Assembly: GCA_964568425.1 (NCBI GenBank)
Contig: CAZMPO010000004.1
Location: forward strand, 29,426-93,425
Direction: 5' to 3'
DNA length: 64,000 bases
From: an uncultured Lachnospiraceae bacterium
GTDB lineage: Bacteria > Bacillota > Clostridia > Oscillospirales > CAG-272
A program made the translations under genes and the position numbers. Under the pieces are notes generated by a model that saw only the letters and a list, made by a program, of their open reading frames with translations, was not told where the DNA came from and ran no database searches. Positions 19,197 through 29,579 of this stretch are shown here, piece by piece (within the stretch, counting starts at the first letter, position 1; each line of letters begins with the position of its first letter).

Positions 19197-19225
19197 AGTG
19201 TATGATCGCTTTTGACGATCAATGC
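19197..19225 (-). promoter_or_regulatory. Putative sigma-E (sporulation) promoter of the M50 protease
   Basis: Minus strand GCATTGA-14 bp-CATACACT; the -10 matches the B. subtilis sigma-E consensus CATACAxT. Confidence 0.5.
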
Positions 19226-19267
19226 TTACAAAATTTCAGATCTTTTTGCAAAAAGTTCGAAAAAGTC

Positions 19268-19296
19268 TTGACAAAGCGAAAAAGATGTGGTATAAT
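19268..19296 (+). promoter_or_regulatory. Sigma-A promoter of tRNA-Pro
   Basis: TTGACA-17-(TG-N)TATAAT. Confidence 0.9.
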
Positions 19297-19312
19297 ATCA
19301 TCTGTTGAATAT

Positions 19313-19389
19313 CGGGGTGTGGCTCAGCTTGGTAGAGTGCTTGGTTCGGGTCCAAGAGGCCGCGCGTTCGAATCGCGCCACTCCGACCA
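19313..19389 (+). tRNA. tRNA-Pro(CGG)
   Basis: 77-nt cloverleaf CGGGGTG...CACTCCG-A-CCA; anticodon arm CTTGG-TTCGGGT-CCAAG; T-loop GTTCGAATC. Confidence 0.97.
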
Positions 19390-19390
19390 T

Positions 19391-19421
19391 AAAAAGTCCG
19401 AACTTGCCGTTCGGACTTTTT
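19391..19421 (+). terminator. Terminator after tRNA-Pro
   Basis: AAAAAGTCCGAAC-TTGCC-GTTCGGACTTTTT. Confidence 0.9.
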
Positions 19422-19452
19422 TAATACTCAAAAATCTTTTAAGGAGCTGTTT

Positions 19453-20559
19453 ATGGCAAATGTCGGAATAATATGCGAATATAATCCTTTTCATCCCGGT
19501 CACGCCGAACAGCTTTCAATGATCGATCGGGCACTTCCAAATGAAGAAAACACAAAGATTGCCCTAATGTCCGGCAATTTCGTTCAGCGAGGCGAGCCTG
19601 CGATATATCATAAGTACCTGCGCGCCAAATCCGCTCTTGTCTCAGGGGTCGATCTCGTTCTCGAATATCCGTTCCCACATTCAATGGGTCCCGCAAAAGA
19701 GTTTGCCTATAACGCTCTCGCCGTTTTTGACCGCCTTGGTACTGTGGACTATATCTGTTTTGGCAGTGAGTGCGGAGAGCTCGATACTCTGTCATATGCC
19801 GCCGATGTCATTCTGTCGGATGCGTTCGAGAAAGAACTCTCAAGGCTTGTTTCAAGCGAAAAAAGCGTGTCCTATGCCACACTGCGCGAAAGTGCTTTCG
19901 AAAATTTGACGGGACGGCAATTGCCGACCGCCGCCAACGATATCCTTGCCGTCGAATATCTGTGCGCACTGAAAAAGCTTCGCTCAAAGATTCGCCCGAT
20001 CGTCATAAAGCGTCGATCTGCCTTTAGCGCAAGCGGCGCGCGAAAGTCGATTCTGCTCGGCGAAAATGATCGCTTTGCTCTTGGTGAACCGACATTTGAA
20101 CTTTCAGAGCACGAAAAAGCCGTAACGCTTGATGATTTTTCAAAAACCATCATACCATATCTCAGACAGTCCGAACCGAGCACGCTCGTATCATACGCCG
20201 ACATGACATACGATCTTGCCTGCAGCATGGTTTGTGCATCAAAGACATCTCGAACGCTCTCCGAGCTTGTTGACATGCTTTCAAGTAAAAGCTATCCAAG
20301 ATCAAGGATCAAACGCGCGATTTTTTTTGCCTTCTTTAAGGTTACCGGGGAGATGCTCCATACACCGCTGACATCGATAAGGCTTCTCGGGGCAAATGGG
20401 CGAGGACGGGACTTTCTCAGAAATATAAACGGTGATATCGAGATCTTGTCGACCGCCCACTCGGATAAACAGGCATTTTCACTCATGTGCGACGAGATAT
20501 ATTCACTCGTTTGTGATCTCCCTGTAGATTTTTACAAGCAAAAGCCGATAATTCTGTGA
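19453..20559 (+). CDS. tmcAL: tRNA(Met) cytidine acetate ligase (YlbM/TmcAL family)
   Basis: GIICEYNPFHPGH, MSGNFVQRGEPA, FGSECG and NDILAVEY. Confidence 0.88.
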   Translation: MANVGIICEYNPFHPGHAEQLSMIDRALPNEENTKIALMSGNFVQRGEPAIYHKYLRAKSALVSGVDLVLEYPFPHSMGPAKEFAYNALAVFDRLGTVDYICFGSECGELDTLSYAADVILSDAFEKELSRLVSSEKSVSYATLRESAFENLTGRQLPTAANDILAVEYLCALKKLRSKIRPIVIKRRSAFSASGARKSILLGENDRFALGEPTFELSEHEKAVTLDDFSKTIIPYLRQSEPSTLVSYADMTYDLACSMVCASKTSRTLSELVDMLSSKSYPRSRIKRAIFFAFFKVTGEMLHTPLTSIRLLGANGRGRDFLRNINGDIEILSTAHSDKQAFSLMCDEIYSLVCDLPVDFYKQKPIIL

Positions 20560-20639
20560 AAATTTACATATCGTCCACACATGCGTCGGTAAAATAGTGT
20601 ATAATAAATTAAATAGATAAGTAATGGTAGGAGGATAAC

Positions 20640-20948
20640 ATGGCAACAACGGTAAAAGGAAAATACCTTATATATAAAGGTCTGCCTCTTGTAAGAGAGA
20701 ATAACACGATCTGCTACGGCAGTATGGAAAATAAGAGCGTGCTTTTCCTCATGGTAATGTCAAATAAAACGATTTCAACAAAGGACCCTGCGATAAAGGT
20801 CGAGGTCCCGGATATGATACTCGGACAGGTGGTCAGCACCGACACGAGCAAAAAGCCGCACGAAAGAATACTTAAACAGTTTAGCAAAAACGGACTTTAC
20901 GACGCTCTCGACTTCGGCATCGACGTAATGAACAGATTTAACAAATGA
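20640..20948 (+). CDS. Conserved hypothetical protein
   Basis: AGGAGG RBS; LIYKGLPLVR..N.ICYG.M...GLYDALD; own terminator. Confidence 0.75.
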   Translation: MATTVKGKYLIYKGLPLVRENNTICYGSMENKSVLFLMVMSNKTISTKDPAIKVEVPDMILGQVVSTDTSKKPHERILKQFSKNGLYDALDFGIDVMNRFNK

Positions 20949-20954
20949 TCAAAG

Positions 20955-20988
20955 AACATCCCGAGAAACAGCTCTCGGGATGTTTTTT
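20955..20988. terminator. Bidirectional terminator
   Basis: AACATCCCGAGA-AACAGC-TCTCGGGATGTT followed by a T tract. Confidence 0.88.
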
Positions 20989-20990
20989 GG

Positions 20991-21800
20991 TTATATAAAA
21001 GATGTATTTTGATAGATCGTGTCAACTGTGACCGCAATGAACTCTCTGATAAGATAGTGCGGCAGGAGGATGGACGGAAGATCTGCCGAAATGCCGTATA
21101 TGTTTCTTATTCCGCACTTTCGCGCAAGTGCCATGCCTCTGAAAACATGAAAATTGTTCGTGACTACCGCGACATTTTTGCTTGTGTCGCCGATGATCTT
21201 TGCGCTGAACTTGAGATTTTCGGATGTTGAGGTCGACCTGTCCTCAAGAATGATCCGTTTTTCGTCAATTCCGCGACGGATAAGCTCGCGCGATATGCAC
21301 ATTGCCTCGCTGATCATCTCGTCGTCTCCCTGACCGCCCGATGCTATGCAGATCGTATTTTCGTTGTCCGCAAGATATTCGTAAGCCGCATCTATCCTGT
21401 TTTCGAGTGCCAATGAAGGTCTCTCGCCGTTCACCTTTGCTCCGAGCAGGATGATATAGTCAAGCGACTCGGGAGGACTTGAGAAAAAACCGCTTATAAT
21501 GCACCCCTCGACAAAGAGGAAAAACGCAAGGCAGACAAAAAACAGAGTGTAAAAGGTGGCGATCATCCATTTGGGCAGAGCAAGCATACCGCATCCGATA
21601 AGCTCTCTGATCGTGAGATATACGCAGATACATCCCGAAAAGAAGGGCCAGATATAGAGTATCGACATTCCAAATCCCGCGAACATGCCGACCGCAAAAT
21701 AATAGATCACAAACAGCAGTGCAAGGCAGGTGAGAACGATCGAGAGAGTATCACCGAAAAATGCATGTTTGATCAAAGCCGCCGCGCTCCTTTTATTCAT
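20991..21800 (-). CDS. YdcF/ElyC/SanA (DUF218) membrane protein
   Basis: IILLGA, SGGQGDDE..SEA, EDRSTSTSENL, VTNNFHVFR and YLIRE. Confidence 0.92.
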   Translation of the reverse strand: MNKRSAAALIKHAFFGDTLSIVLTCLALLFVIYYFAVGMFAGFGMSILYIWPFFSGCICVYLTIRELIGCGMLALPKWMIATFYTLFFVCLAFFLFVEGCIISGFFSSPPESLDYIILLGAKVNGERPSLALENRIDAAYEYLADNENTICIASGGQGDDEMISEAMCISRELIRRGIDEKRIILEDRSTSTSENLKFSAKIIGDTSKNVAVVTNNFHVFRGMALARKCGIRNIYGISADLPSILLPHYLIREFIAVTVDTIYQNTSFI

Positions 21801-23469
21801 AACTGCCCATCGCGACCTCGCCGTTCCTTCCGCCTTCGATAAGCGGATAGTAGGATACGGGAATGTCGCCTATCCAAAGCTCAAAATAGCAGGTGTGATC
21901 GTCGGTGTAGCCCTTTTTGCCGCCGCCTTTGCCGATCTCGGCTCCTTTTTCGACAATGTCGCCCTCGGATACGTTCGCACTGTCAAGACAGTAATAGACC
22001 GAGCGAAGACCAAACCCGTGATCGATGACCACTGTAACACCGCCCATCTTTGTCTCGCCGACATAGCTGACCTTGCCTTTGTTTGTCGCCGACACCGACT
22101 GTGTCTTGTAGCATACCCAAGCGATTCCGTTTGAAATGTGCTTCTGCTCATCTGTTCCGTTGTTTACCGTGTCGCCGAATCTCGCTCTGTTTTGGCTTTC
22201 GTCGGGCGTCAGGAACGCACCGTCGAAATAGCGAGTCTCACAGATCGGAAGTGTTACGATAATCTCCGAGAAAGCCTTGAAATTATCGTCCGATCGTGTC
22301 GACATGTCGATCACGCCCTTGTAATTGTACTTGCGTTCCTTGATCTTTGCACTGAGCGGGTTGACCTTGATCGGTAGCTCGATCGTTTTCCCGAGATATC
22401 CGATCGTTATCTTGTACTCTGTCGTTGACTCGATTCCCGAATATCCGAACGGAATGAGCGCGCGTATGCAGTCGCCGTCGTTGTAAAATCTCGGTGTGTA
22501 GCCGATGTCGGGCGCGACCGATACTTTGATCTCGGACAGATCGTTGACATCTGTGTATTTTCCCGACAGAACAACAAATTCGCCGTCCTCGATCTCCTTC
22601 TCTCCAAGCCAGAAAAAGGCGAGCGGATCGAATATGATATCAACGCTCAGTCGATATGTGAAATGTCCGCCGGCATTGCTCGCGCCGCTTTTCTCCCACA
22701 GAGCGTCGATATCGAAATTAAGCTTTGTGTCGGCTTTGATGTTTTTTCTTATAAACTCGCTCTCCGAAAGCTCAGTGAGATTTCCTTCAAAGAGCACTTT
22801 GCCGAGCGCGTCCGAAACTTTGACATCGGCAGAGGTCGGTTCGCGGTCGAATGTCGGGGTAAATTCACGATATGAACAGCTGACAATAAAGCCGTCGTCA
22901 GCAAACTCGATGCTCGGTGTGTGCGTGACGCCGCTGTATGAGCTGTATGTCCAATCAGCCTCGGTCGGTCTGAGCATGGTGCCGTGAAGGGTGAGACATG
23001 GCGGCGTTGAAGCATCATACAGTGAGGCTGAAAAATCGCTGTCAAGAAACGCGATGGCAGCCGATGCATCCATTAAAAATGCATTGCCCTCGTGATCGGT
23101 GTAATAGCTGCTGCTCGGTTTTGTAGCCGAAAAATAGTAATTGTATTTTGTGGTCAGATCATAGCTGTGAAAGCTGACCTCGATCGACGGTGCGTCCTCC
23201 AAATCCTTCGGAAGGGAAGGGATCGTCCTTGCACTGTCGTGAATGTCGGTGAGGATGTCGATGATCTGCTTGCCCTCGTTTGTCGATCTGTCAAATGATG
23301 CATACGCACCGTTCATATCGCAAAATTCGAGAGAGGTGATGGATCCTCGTTCGACAGGTGCGTCCTTTGCCGAAAAGTAGGAGCCGATCGCAAAATATGT
23401 CGGGATAAACAGTATCAAAACAACTATGACCGCTCTGAAAATGTTCTTCATTCTTTTGCCTTGTTGCAT
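21793..23469 (-). CDS. Membrane-anchored protein with a C-terminal degenerate M23/LytM domain
   Basis: N-terminal TM helix. VSATNKGKVSYVG...GVTVVIDHGFGLRSVY...VSEGDIVEKGAEIG is an M23 fold pattern. Confidence 0.8.
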   Translation of the reverse strand: MQQGKRMKNIFRAVIVVLILFIPTYFAIGSYFSAKDAPVERGSITSLEFCDMNGAYASFDRSTNEGKQIIDILTDIHDSARTIPSLPKDLEDAPSIEVSFHSYDLTTKYNYYFSATKPSSSYYTDHEGNAFLMDASAAIAFLDSDFSASLYDASTPPCLTLHGTMLRPTEADWTYSSYSGVTHTPSIEFADDGFIVSCSYREFTPTFDREPTSADVKVSDALGKVLFEGNLTELSESEFIRKNIKADTKLNFDIDALWEKSGASNAGGHFTYRLSVDIIFDPLAFFWLGEKEIEDGEFVVLSGKYTDVNDLSEIKVSVAPDIGYTPRFYNDGDCIRALIPFGYSGIESTTEYKITIGYLGKTIELPIKVNPLSAKIKERKYNYKGVIDMSTRSDDNFKAFSEIIVTLPICETRYFDGAFLTPDESQNRARFGDTVNNGTDEQKHISNGIAWVCYKTQSVSATNKGKVSYVGETKMGGVTVVIDHGFGLRSVYYCLDSANVSEGDIVEKGAEIGKGGGKKGYTDDHTCYFELWIGDIPVSYYPLIEGGRNGEVAMGSYE

Positions 23470-23557
23470 ATCATTTCCCCCCGGATCTGCTCTTGTTGAG
23501 CGTTTTTATGTATTTTATCATATTCAAACGAAAAAATCTATATAATAATGTAAATAA

Positions 23558-24094
23558 ATGCTTGATGCGAGGTGTTTTGCGATAAACAGATCAAAAAAAC
23601 AAAGGGCCATTGCAGGTGCTGTCCTCTCCCTTGTTGTTTTTCCGCTCTTGGTGTCCTGCCTTCGGGCTGATTATACCGCAACCGATCTTCTCACGGAGCT
23701 TATATCGGCAATCGATGAGCCGCCCGAGATGAATATCTGCTTCAAAAACGGCGATGGTCTGAATGCCGTTGCACAGGGCGAGCTTGCCGATCTTTTTGGC
23801 GGCGTCGATCCGAGCAGCTCGGCGTCCGATTTTGCCTTTTTCAGATCAAAGCGCGATCGCCTTTATGAGATATATGTTCTCTGCGCCCCCTCTGCCGATC
23901 GGTCGGATCTCATTCGCGACATCCTTGAAAGGCGGATAGAGCTTATCCAAACGCGCGATATAAGGCTCTATGATGAGGATTGGTATGAGCGTGCGATAGC
24001 TCCCGCCAAAACGCTCGTCAGAGGGCGGTATGTTATCCTGCTCGTGACCCCGTGCAATGAAAAGATCGAGAAAAAGCTTGACTCGATCCTTTGA
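23558..24094 (+). CDS. Putative lipoprotein (DUF4358-like)
   Basis: Hydrophobic segment plus LVSC; C-terminal GRYVILLV. Start codon is uncertain. Confidence 0.55.
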   Translation: MLDARCFAINRSKKQRAIAGAVLSLVVFPLLVSCLRADYTATDLLTELISAIDEPPEMNICFKNGDGLNAVAQGELADLFGGVDPSSSASDFAFFRSKRDRLYEIYVLCAPSADRSDLIRDILERRIELIQTRDIRLYDEDWYERAIAPAKTLVRGRYVILLVTPCNEKIEKKLDSIL

Positions 24095-24106
24095 ATATAC
24101 GAAAAT

Positions 24107-24138
24107 TCCCCGATACCGAAAAATGGTATCGGGGATTT
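24107..24138. terminator. Terminator downstream of ftsH
   Basis: TCCCCGATACC-GAAAAAT-GGTATCGGGGA. Confidence 0.8.
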
Positions 24139-24145
24139 ATGCTTA

Positions 24146-26212
24146 TTAAAGATCGGAGAAGAAATTTCCGCCGCTCTGCTCGTCATCCGAGCCTCTGTCA
24201 TCCGATGATGAAGATGCATGATTCTCGGCAGCTTGACGCGCCTCCTCTTCCTCGGCTTTTCTTCTTGCCTCGGCTTCCTCACGCATGCGCTTTTCCGCAG
24301 CCTCGTTTTCCTCGCGACTTCTCTTGCGTCGCTCGTCCATCATCGCCTCAAGCTCTTCGATCGTGGGCTCGGGATCGTTATCCATAAGTGCCTTGAACTG
24401 TGCCTCGTCCATTGTTTCGTTCTTGATAAGGAACGCGGCGATCGATTCAAGCTTGCCTCTGTTTGCGGTGATGACCTCCTCCGCCTTCTTGTATGCGGTG
24501 TCGATGATGTTTTTGATCTCGTCATCGATGATCGACGCCGTCTTTTCGGAATAGTTCTGATCGTCGGCGATCTCGCGTCCGAGGAAGACCTCGGTGTGTC
24601 CCGAACCGAACTGGATCGGACCGAGCTTGTCGCTCATTCCGAGCTGAGTGACCATCTTGCGTGCTATCTCGGTCGCGCGCTGAATGTCGTTGGATGCGCC
24701 TCCCGAAACATCATCAAAGAATACCGCCTCGGCAACTCTGCCCGCAAGCAGGGATGCGATCTCGTATTTCAGCTCGTTCTTGTACTCGCTCGTCTTGTCG
24801 TCGTTTGGCAGATAGAGCGTGTAACCAAGAGCGCGACCGCTCGGAATGATCGAGATCTGATGAACCGGATCGAGTCCGGGCAGGATGTGACGCACGACTG
24901 CGTGACCTGCCTCGTGAATGGCGGTCTTGTATTTTTCGTCCTCGCTGATGTGAAGGGTCTTTTTCTGCGTTCCGACCATGATCTTCATCTTCGAGTCTTC
25001 GATATCGTTCATGCCGATAAGGCTCTTTCCGCGTCTTGCGGCAAGAAGTGCTGCCTCGTTGAGCAGATTTGCAAGATCCGCGCCCGTAAATCCGGGAGTT
25101 CCTCTTGCAATTACCTCGAGATCTACATCATTTTCAAAGGGCTTGTTCCGTGCGTGGACCTTCAGTATCTCGGTCCTGCCGCGCAGATCGGGATAGTTGA
25201 CCGTTACCTGACGGTCAAAGCGTCCGGGACGGAGAAGGGCAGGGTCAAGTATGTCGGGACGGTTGGTTGCCGCCATGACAATGATTCCCTCGCTTCCGCT
25301 GAAGCCGTCCATCTCGACAAGAAGCTGGTTGAGTGTCTGCTCGCGCTCGTCGTGTCCGCCGCCGAGTCCTGCTCCGCGGTGACGTCCGACAGCGTCGATC
25401 TCGTCGATAAATACGATAGACGCGGGATTTTTTCTAGCCGTGTCAAAAAGATCACGGACACGGGATGCGCCGACACCGACATACATTTCGACGAAATCCG
25501 AACCCGATATCGAGTAGAAGGGAACACCCGCCTCGCCTGCGACTGCCTTGGCAAGCAGTGTTTTACCTGTACCGGGAGGGCCCATCAAAAGCACGCCGTG
25601 CGGTATTTTTGCACCGAGTTTCGTGAATTTGGCGGGATCTTTGAGAAATTCGACGATCTCTTGAAGCTCTTGCTTTTCCTCGTCAGCACCCGCGACATCG
25701 GTAAATCTTATCTTGTTTTTGTCACCCGACAGGGCAACCTTTGCTCTTGCTTTGCCGAAGCTGTTGATCTTCGAGCCCTTTCCGCCGCTTGCCTCTCTGA
25801 AAACATAGGCAAAGAGCGCGATCATTGCGACGATTACGATGATATAGGGCAGAAGTGACACCCAAACAGGGTAGGTCGTCGGCTCCTTGAGATCGAATTT
25901 TACGAGCGCATTTCCGTTATCGTCAAAAACATAATCGTCATAGCAGTCTTTGTAAAATCTGCTTCTGTCCTGGAGCGTGTAGCTTATAATACGCCCGTCG
26001 GACAGACTGACGGTCAACTCGTTTTGATCATCAAGCGTAAACTCTTTGACACGGACAGCATTCTCGTCCTCGCTTTTTATGTTGTGAAAGTAGCTGACCA
26101 TCTCCTCGTAAATGACCTTTTCGGTTCTGTCGCCGAGAAGCTGGTAGGCGACGAAAACGAAAAGAACAAGTACGATCAAATAGATGAGTACTTTTTTAAG
26201 GCTTCCCTTCAT
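24146..26212 (-). CDS. ftsH: ATP-dependent zinc metalloprotease FtsH
   Basis: Two TM helices, [26 protein letters not shown] and HEAGH. Confidence 0.98.
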   Translation of the reverse strand: MKGSLKKVLIYLIVLVLFVFVAYQLLGDRTEKVIYEEMVSYFHNIKSEDENAVRVKEFTLDDQNELTVSLSDGRIISYTLQDRSRFYKDCYDDYVFDDNGNALVKFDLKEPTTYPVWVSLLPYIIVIVAMIALFAYVFREASGGKGSKINSFGKARAKVALSGDKNKIRFTDVAGADEEKQELQEIVEFLKDPAKFTKLGAKIPHGVLLMGPPGTGKTLLAKAVAGEAGVPFYSISGSDFVEMYVGVGASRVRDLFDTARKNPASIVFIDEIDAVGRHRGAGLGGGHDEREQTLNQLLVEMDGFSGSEGIIVMAATNRPDILDPALLRPGRFDRQVTVNYPDLRGRTEILKVHARNKPFENDVDLEVIARGTPGFTGADLANLLNEAALLAARRGKSLIGMNDIEDSKMKIMVGTQKKTLHISEDEKYKTAIHEAGHAVVRHILPGLDPVHQISIIPSGRALGYTLYLPNDDKTSEYKNELKYEIASLLAGRVAEAVFFDDVSGGASNDIQRATEIARKMVTQLGMSDKLGPIQFGSGHTEVFLGREIADDQNYSEKTASIIDDEIKNIIDTAYKKAEEVITANRGKLESIAAFLIKNETMDEAQFKALMDNDPEPTIEELEAMMDERRKRSREENEAAEKRMREEAEARRKAEEEEARQAAENHASSSSDDRGSDDEQSGGNFFSDL

Positions 26213-26239
26213 GTGTTCCTCCGTAACTGTTGTTTGTTG

Positions 26240-27658
26240 TCATTTCTTTACTGTCGGATCATATGGCTCTGCATGTCTCTGCATAAGAACGCAGATCGTG
26301 ATGGTCTCATAACCATTTTTCGGCAATACTCCGTCGCGTGACGGAAGGCTTGGTATCCAAAGGATGCCGCTCTCGTCTGTGATGATCGGCAAGATCGCAC
26401 GCAGATCTCTGTCTGTTTTGCTGTCGCAAAGAAGCTTTTTTACCTTCCGCGTCATGTTGCCGATGCGTATCTTGTCTCCGTCAATGCGACACCTTGCCCA
26501 AAGACTGCCGATGGATATTTTATCAGACGCAAATGATTTCTGTATGGATAATTTGTAAATATTCTGTTTTTGTTTTATAGAATTTTCTACGGCAGGATCA
26601 TTGCCCTTCCATAGATATATATATGCATCGGTCTCGGGTATATAATTCTCACCGAAACAAAGCTTTATTTCGTATTGTTTTGTCTCTTTTGGACGGTAAT
26701 CCTTTATAAAAAGAATTTTTCCTCTGTCTATCAGCGCACTGACGGAGCATGGGAGCGACAGCCTGCTTTGATCGATATTCTTTTTTATCAGCTCGGATAC
26801 CGCGCGAAGATTTTTGGACGACAGACGCTCGCCGCCCGATGCTCGCATGTATTGGTGCTCGATCACACGCGAAAGTATCGCACGATCAAGCAAGACAAGT
26901 GTCGCACAGTCATTCTCGTTCGCATATGCCAGGGCTGTCCTGTCAAGATATTCGCAATCGGCGCGAAGGGCGTCGCAAAATCCGAATGCCGCAGCCGTGG
27001 CATTCGGGTTGATCTTTTCAAGCAGTGGCACTATTTGTCCCCTGATGAAATTTCGCGTGTAATTTTCATCGCTGTTCGTCGTGTCGGTGACAAACGAAAG
27101 AGCATGCTCGACCGCATAGTCTGTGATCTCGCTCCTTGTCAATGAAAGCATGGGGCGGATCAGTCTCCCGCGTATCGGCGGAATGCCCGCGCCGCCCTTT
27201 GCCGCAGAGCCGCGCGCGATGTTGAAGATCAGCGTCTCAAGATTGTCGTTTGCGTGATGCGCTACCGCGATCCTGTCTGCACCGACCGATTTTCGATATT
27301 TTTCGAGAGCCTCGTATCGAAGATCCCTGGCAACCTCCTCAAGACCCTGCTTTCTTGCCGCCGCGACAGATGGCACATCGACCAAAGCAAACGAGAAATC
27401 TATCCCCATCCCGTCTGCAAGCTCACGGCAAAAATCGAGATCGCGGTCTGCCTCTTCTCCGCGTATTCCGTGATGAACATGAAACGCATGAATGACAATT
27501 CCGCGCTTTCCGCAGATAGATGACAGCATGTGCAAAAGTACCACCGAATCGACACCGCCCGACAGACCGACCACCACCGAGGATACATTCGTAAGAAGAT
27601 GATTGTCCTCGATGTATGAGATGACCTTTCGCAGTGTCTGATCATGCGGCGCACTCAT
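26240..27658 (-). CDS. tilS: tRNA(Ile)-lysidine synthase
   Basis: SGGVDS PP-loop, ARDLRY, AHHANDNLET and YTRNFIR. Confidence 0.96.
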   Translation of the reverse strand: MSAPHDQTLRKVISYIEDNHLLTNVSSVVVGLSGGVDSVVLLHMLSSICGKRGIVIHAFHVHHGIRGEEADRDLDFCRELADGMGIDFSFALVDVPSVAAARKQGLEEVARDLRYEALEKYRKSVGADRIAVAHHANDNLETLIFNIARGSAAKGGAGIPPIRGRLIRPMLSLTRSEITDYAVEHALSFVTDTTNSDENYTRNFIRGQIVPLLEKINPNATAAAFGFCDALRADCEYLDRTALAYANENDCATLVLLDRAILSRVIEHQYMRASGGERLSSKNLRAVSELIKKNIDQSRLSLPCSVSALIDRGKILFIKDYRPKETKQYEIKLCFGENYIPETDAYIYLWKGNDPAVENSIKQKQNIYKLSIQKSFASDKISIGSLWARCRIDGDKIRIGNMTRKVKKLLCDSKTDRDLRAILPIITDESGILWIPSLPSRDGVLPKNGYETITICVLMQRHAEPYDPTVKK

Positions 27659-29004
27659 GCTCCGGGCTCCTCTCTGTTGTCGAGAGTCGTGAACTTGGTG
27701 TATTTTCCGAACCAGCCCACCTCGATCTTTCCCGTTCCGCCGTGACGGTTCTTGGCTACGATGACCTCCGCAACATTCTGCTTTTCGGGATCGTCCTTGT
27801 AATACTCGTCACGGTAGAGAAAGAGAACGACATCGGCATCCTGCTCGATCGCACCCGAGTCACGCAGGTCGGACAGCATGGGTCGCTTGTCGGTTCGTGA
27901 TTCCGGTCCGCGCGACAGCTGTGCACAGCAAATAACGGGTACTCTCAGCTCTTTTGCCATAACCTTCAGGTTTCTCGAAATATCGGCAACCTCCTGGACC
28001 CTGTTCTCGATCCTTCTGTCAGATTGCATCAGACCGAGATAGTCGACAACGACCAGCCCGAGATTTTTAACTCGGCGAAGCTTCGATTTCATTCCTGTGA
28101 CCGTGATGTTCGTCGTGTCGTCGATGTATATCTCTGTTTCAGCAAGTATCGACGATGCATCGGCGAGCTTTGACCAGTCCTCGTTTGATAGCATGCCGCT
28201 TCTCATCGTGTTGCTTTCGATAAGTGCCTCGGATGAGAGCATTCTCGAAACCAATTGCTCTTTTGACATCTCAAGCGAGAATATGCAGACAGCCTTGCTC
28301 GTCTTTTTTGCGACATTCGTCGCGACATTCAGCGCAAACGAGGTCTTACCCATACCCGGACGCGCACCGACCAAGATCAGATCGCTCTTGCCCATTCCGA
28401 CAAGAACGCTGTCGAGCGACGAAAAACCGGTCGGCGTGCCGACTGCCTCTTCTTTGTTGTCGGCAACATCCTTGATCTGCTGATATGTGCCGAGGATGAC
28501 ATCGCGTATGTGCGAAAAGTCGTGCTGTTCCTTTGTCTGCGCGATCTCAAAGACCTTTGCCTCGGCTTGGTTTATTATGTCGGATGCTTTGTCCTGCGCC
28601 GCGTAAGCGTCCTCGGATATCTCCTCGGTGACCTTGATAAGCCGCCTGAGGAGACTTTTGTCTCTGACGATCGACGCATAGTCCCTTATGTTGCCCGTTG
28701 ACGGCACTATCTCAACGAGTGTTTGAATATAACTTTTTGATCGCTCGCTGTCGTAAACATTGCTTTTTGTCAGCGTGTCCATAAGGGTGACGGGATCTAT
28801 CTGCCGGCTCTGTAAAAAGAGCCTCTGCATCGCGGAAAATATCTCCCGATGCTCCTCAAGATAGAAATCGTCTGCCGATATGAGCGTGGCGACATCACTC
28901 AGCGCCTCGGGATCGATAAGTATCGATCCGAGCACCGACTGCTCCGCCTCAAGAGAAAACGGAAGCTTTCTCACGCCCAAAGTACTTGTGCTTTCGGTTG
29001 GCAT
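27655..29004 (-). CDS. dnaB: Replicative DNA helicase
   Basis: EAEQSVLG, ARPGMGKT, QLSR and LRDSGAIEQDAD. Confidence 0.97.
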   Translation of the reverse strand: MPTESTSTLGVRKLPFSLEAEQSVLGSILIDPEALSDVATLISADDFYLEEHREIFSAMQRLFLQSRQIDPVTLMDTLTKSNVYDSERSKSYIQTLVEIVPSTGNIRDYASIVRDKSLLRRLIKVTEEISEDAYAAQDKASDIINQAEAKVFEIAQTKEQHDFSHIRDVILGTYQQIKDVADNKEEAVGTPTGFSSLDSVLVGMGKSDLILVGARPGMGKTSFALNVATNVAKKTSKAVCIFSLEMSKEQLVSRMLSSEALIESNTMRSGMLSNEDWSKLADASSILAETEIYIDDTTNITVTGMKSKLRRVKNLGLVVVDYLGLMQSDRRIENRVQEVADISRNLKVMAKELRVPVICCAQLSRGPESRTDKRPMLSDLRDSGAIEQDADVVLFLYRDEYYKDDPEKQNVAEVIVAKNRHGGTGKIEVGWFGKYTKFTTLDNREEPGA

Positions 29005-29082
29005 TTTTATGACTCACAGCTTTCGCATCGGCGAAAGCTTCCTTCCTGTGTCTTACTTTTTTGCTTTTCTAAAGCCTGTTTG

Positions 29083-29532
29083 TTATTTGACGTTGTGGAC
29101 CTCGACCTTGACGTGCGCGACGATGTCGGGGTAGAGCTTTATGTCAAGCGTGTATATGCCGTAATTTTTGATGGGCTTGTCAAGCACGATCTTACGCTTG
29201 TCGATCGATATGCCGTATTTCTTCGCGATGTTTTCGGCGATCTCTTTGGATGTTACCGAACCGTAAAGCTTCGTGTCACTGCCCGATGCGATCGCAAAGT
29301 CCATCATGCACCCCTCAAGCTTTTTCGCAAGCTCCAGAGCGTTTGCACGCTCGGTCGCCTCTTTGTATTTCTGCGATTCCGCTTTGGCTTTGATCTCGTT
29401 TAATGCCTTGGAGTCTGCCTCGATGGCAAGCTTCTTCGGGAAGAGAAAGTTGCGCGCGTATCCGTCGGACACGTTTACGACATCGCCCTTTTTGCCCTGT
29501 GATTTTACATCTTGTGTGAGTATTACCTTCAT
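29083..29532 (-). CDS. rplI: 50S ribosomal protein L9
   Basis: [28 protein letters not shown] and LYGSVT. Confidence 0.98.
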   Translation of the reverse strand: MKVILTQDVKSQGKKGDVVNVSDGYARNFLFPKKLAIEADSKALNEIKAKAESQKYKEATERANALELAKKLEGCMMDFAIASGSDTKLYGSVTSKEIAENIAKKYGISIDKRKIVLDKPIKNYGIYTLDIKLYPDIVAHVKVEVHNVK

Positions 29533-29579
29533 TGTGTGTTTCCTTTCTTGTTTAACTGTAGAACAGAATTTTGTTGCTT

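Noticed and set aside
19313-19421. tRNA-Pro as an integration site
   Set aside because: No duplicated tRNA 3' end or integrase was seen, and the flanks are housekeeping genes.
24218-25858. 546-aa ORF antisense to ftsH (likewise 44552-45877 against the PBP gene and 53752-54456 against ftsZ)
   Set aside because: Same shadow-ORF effect opposite conserved genes; no RBS or domain evidence.
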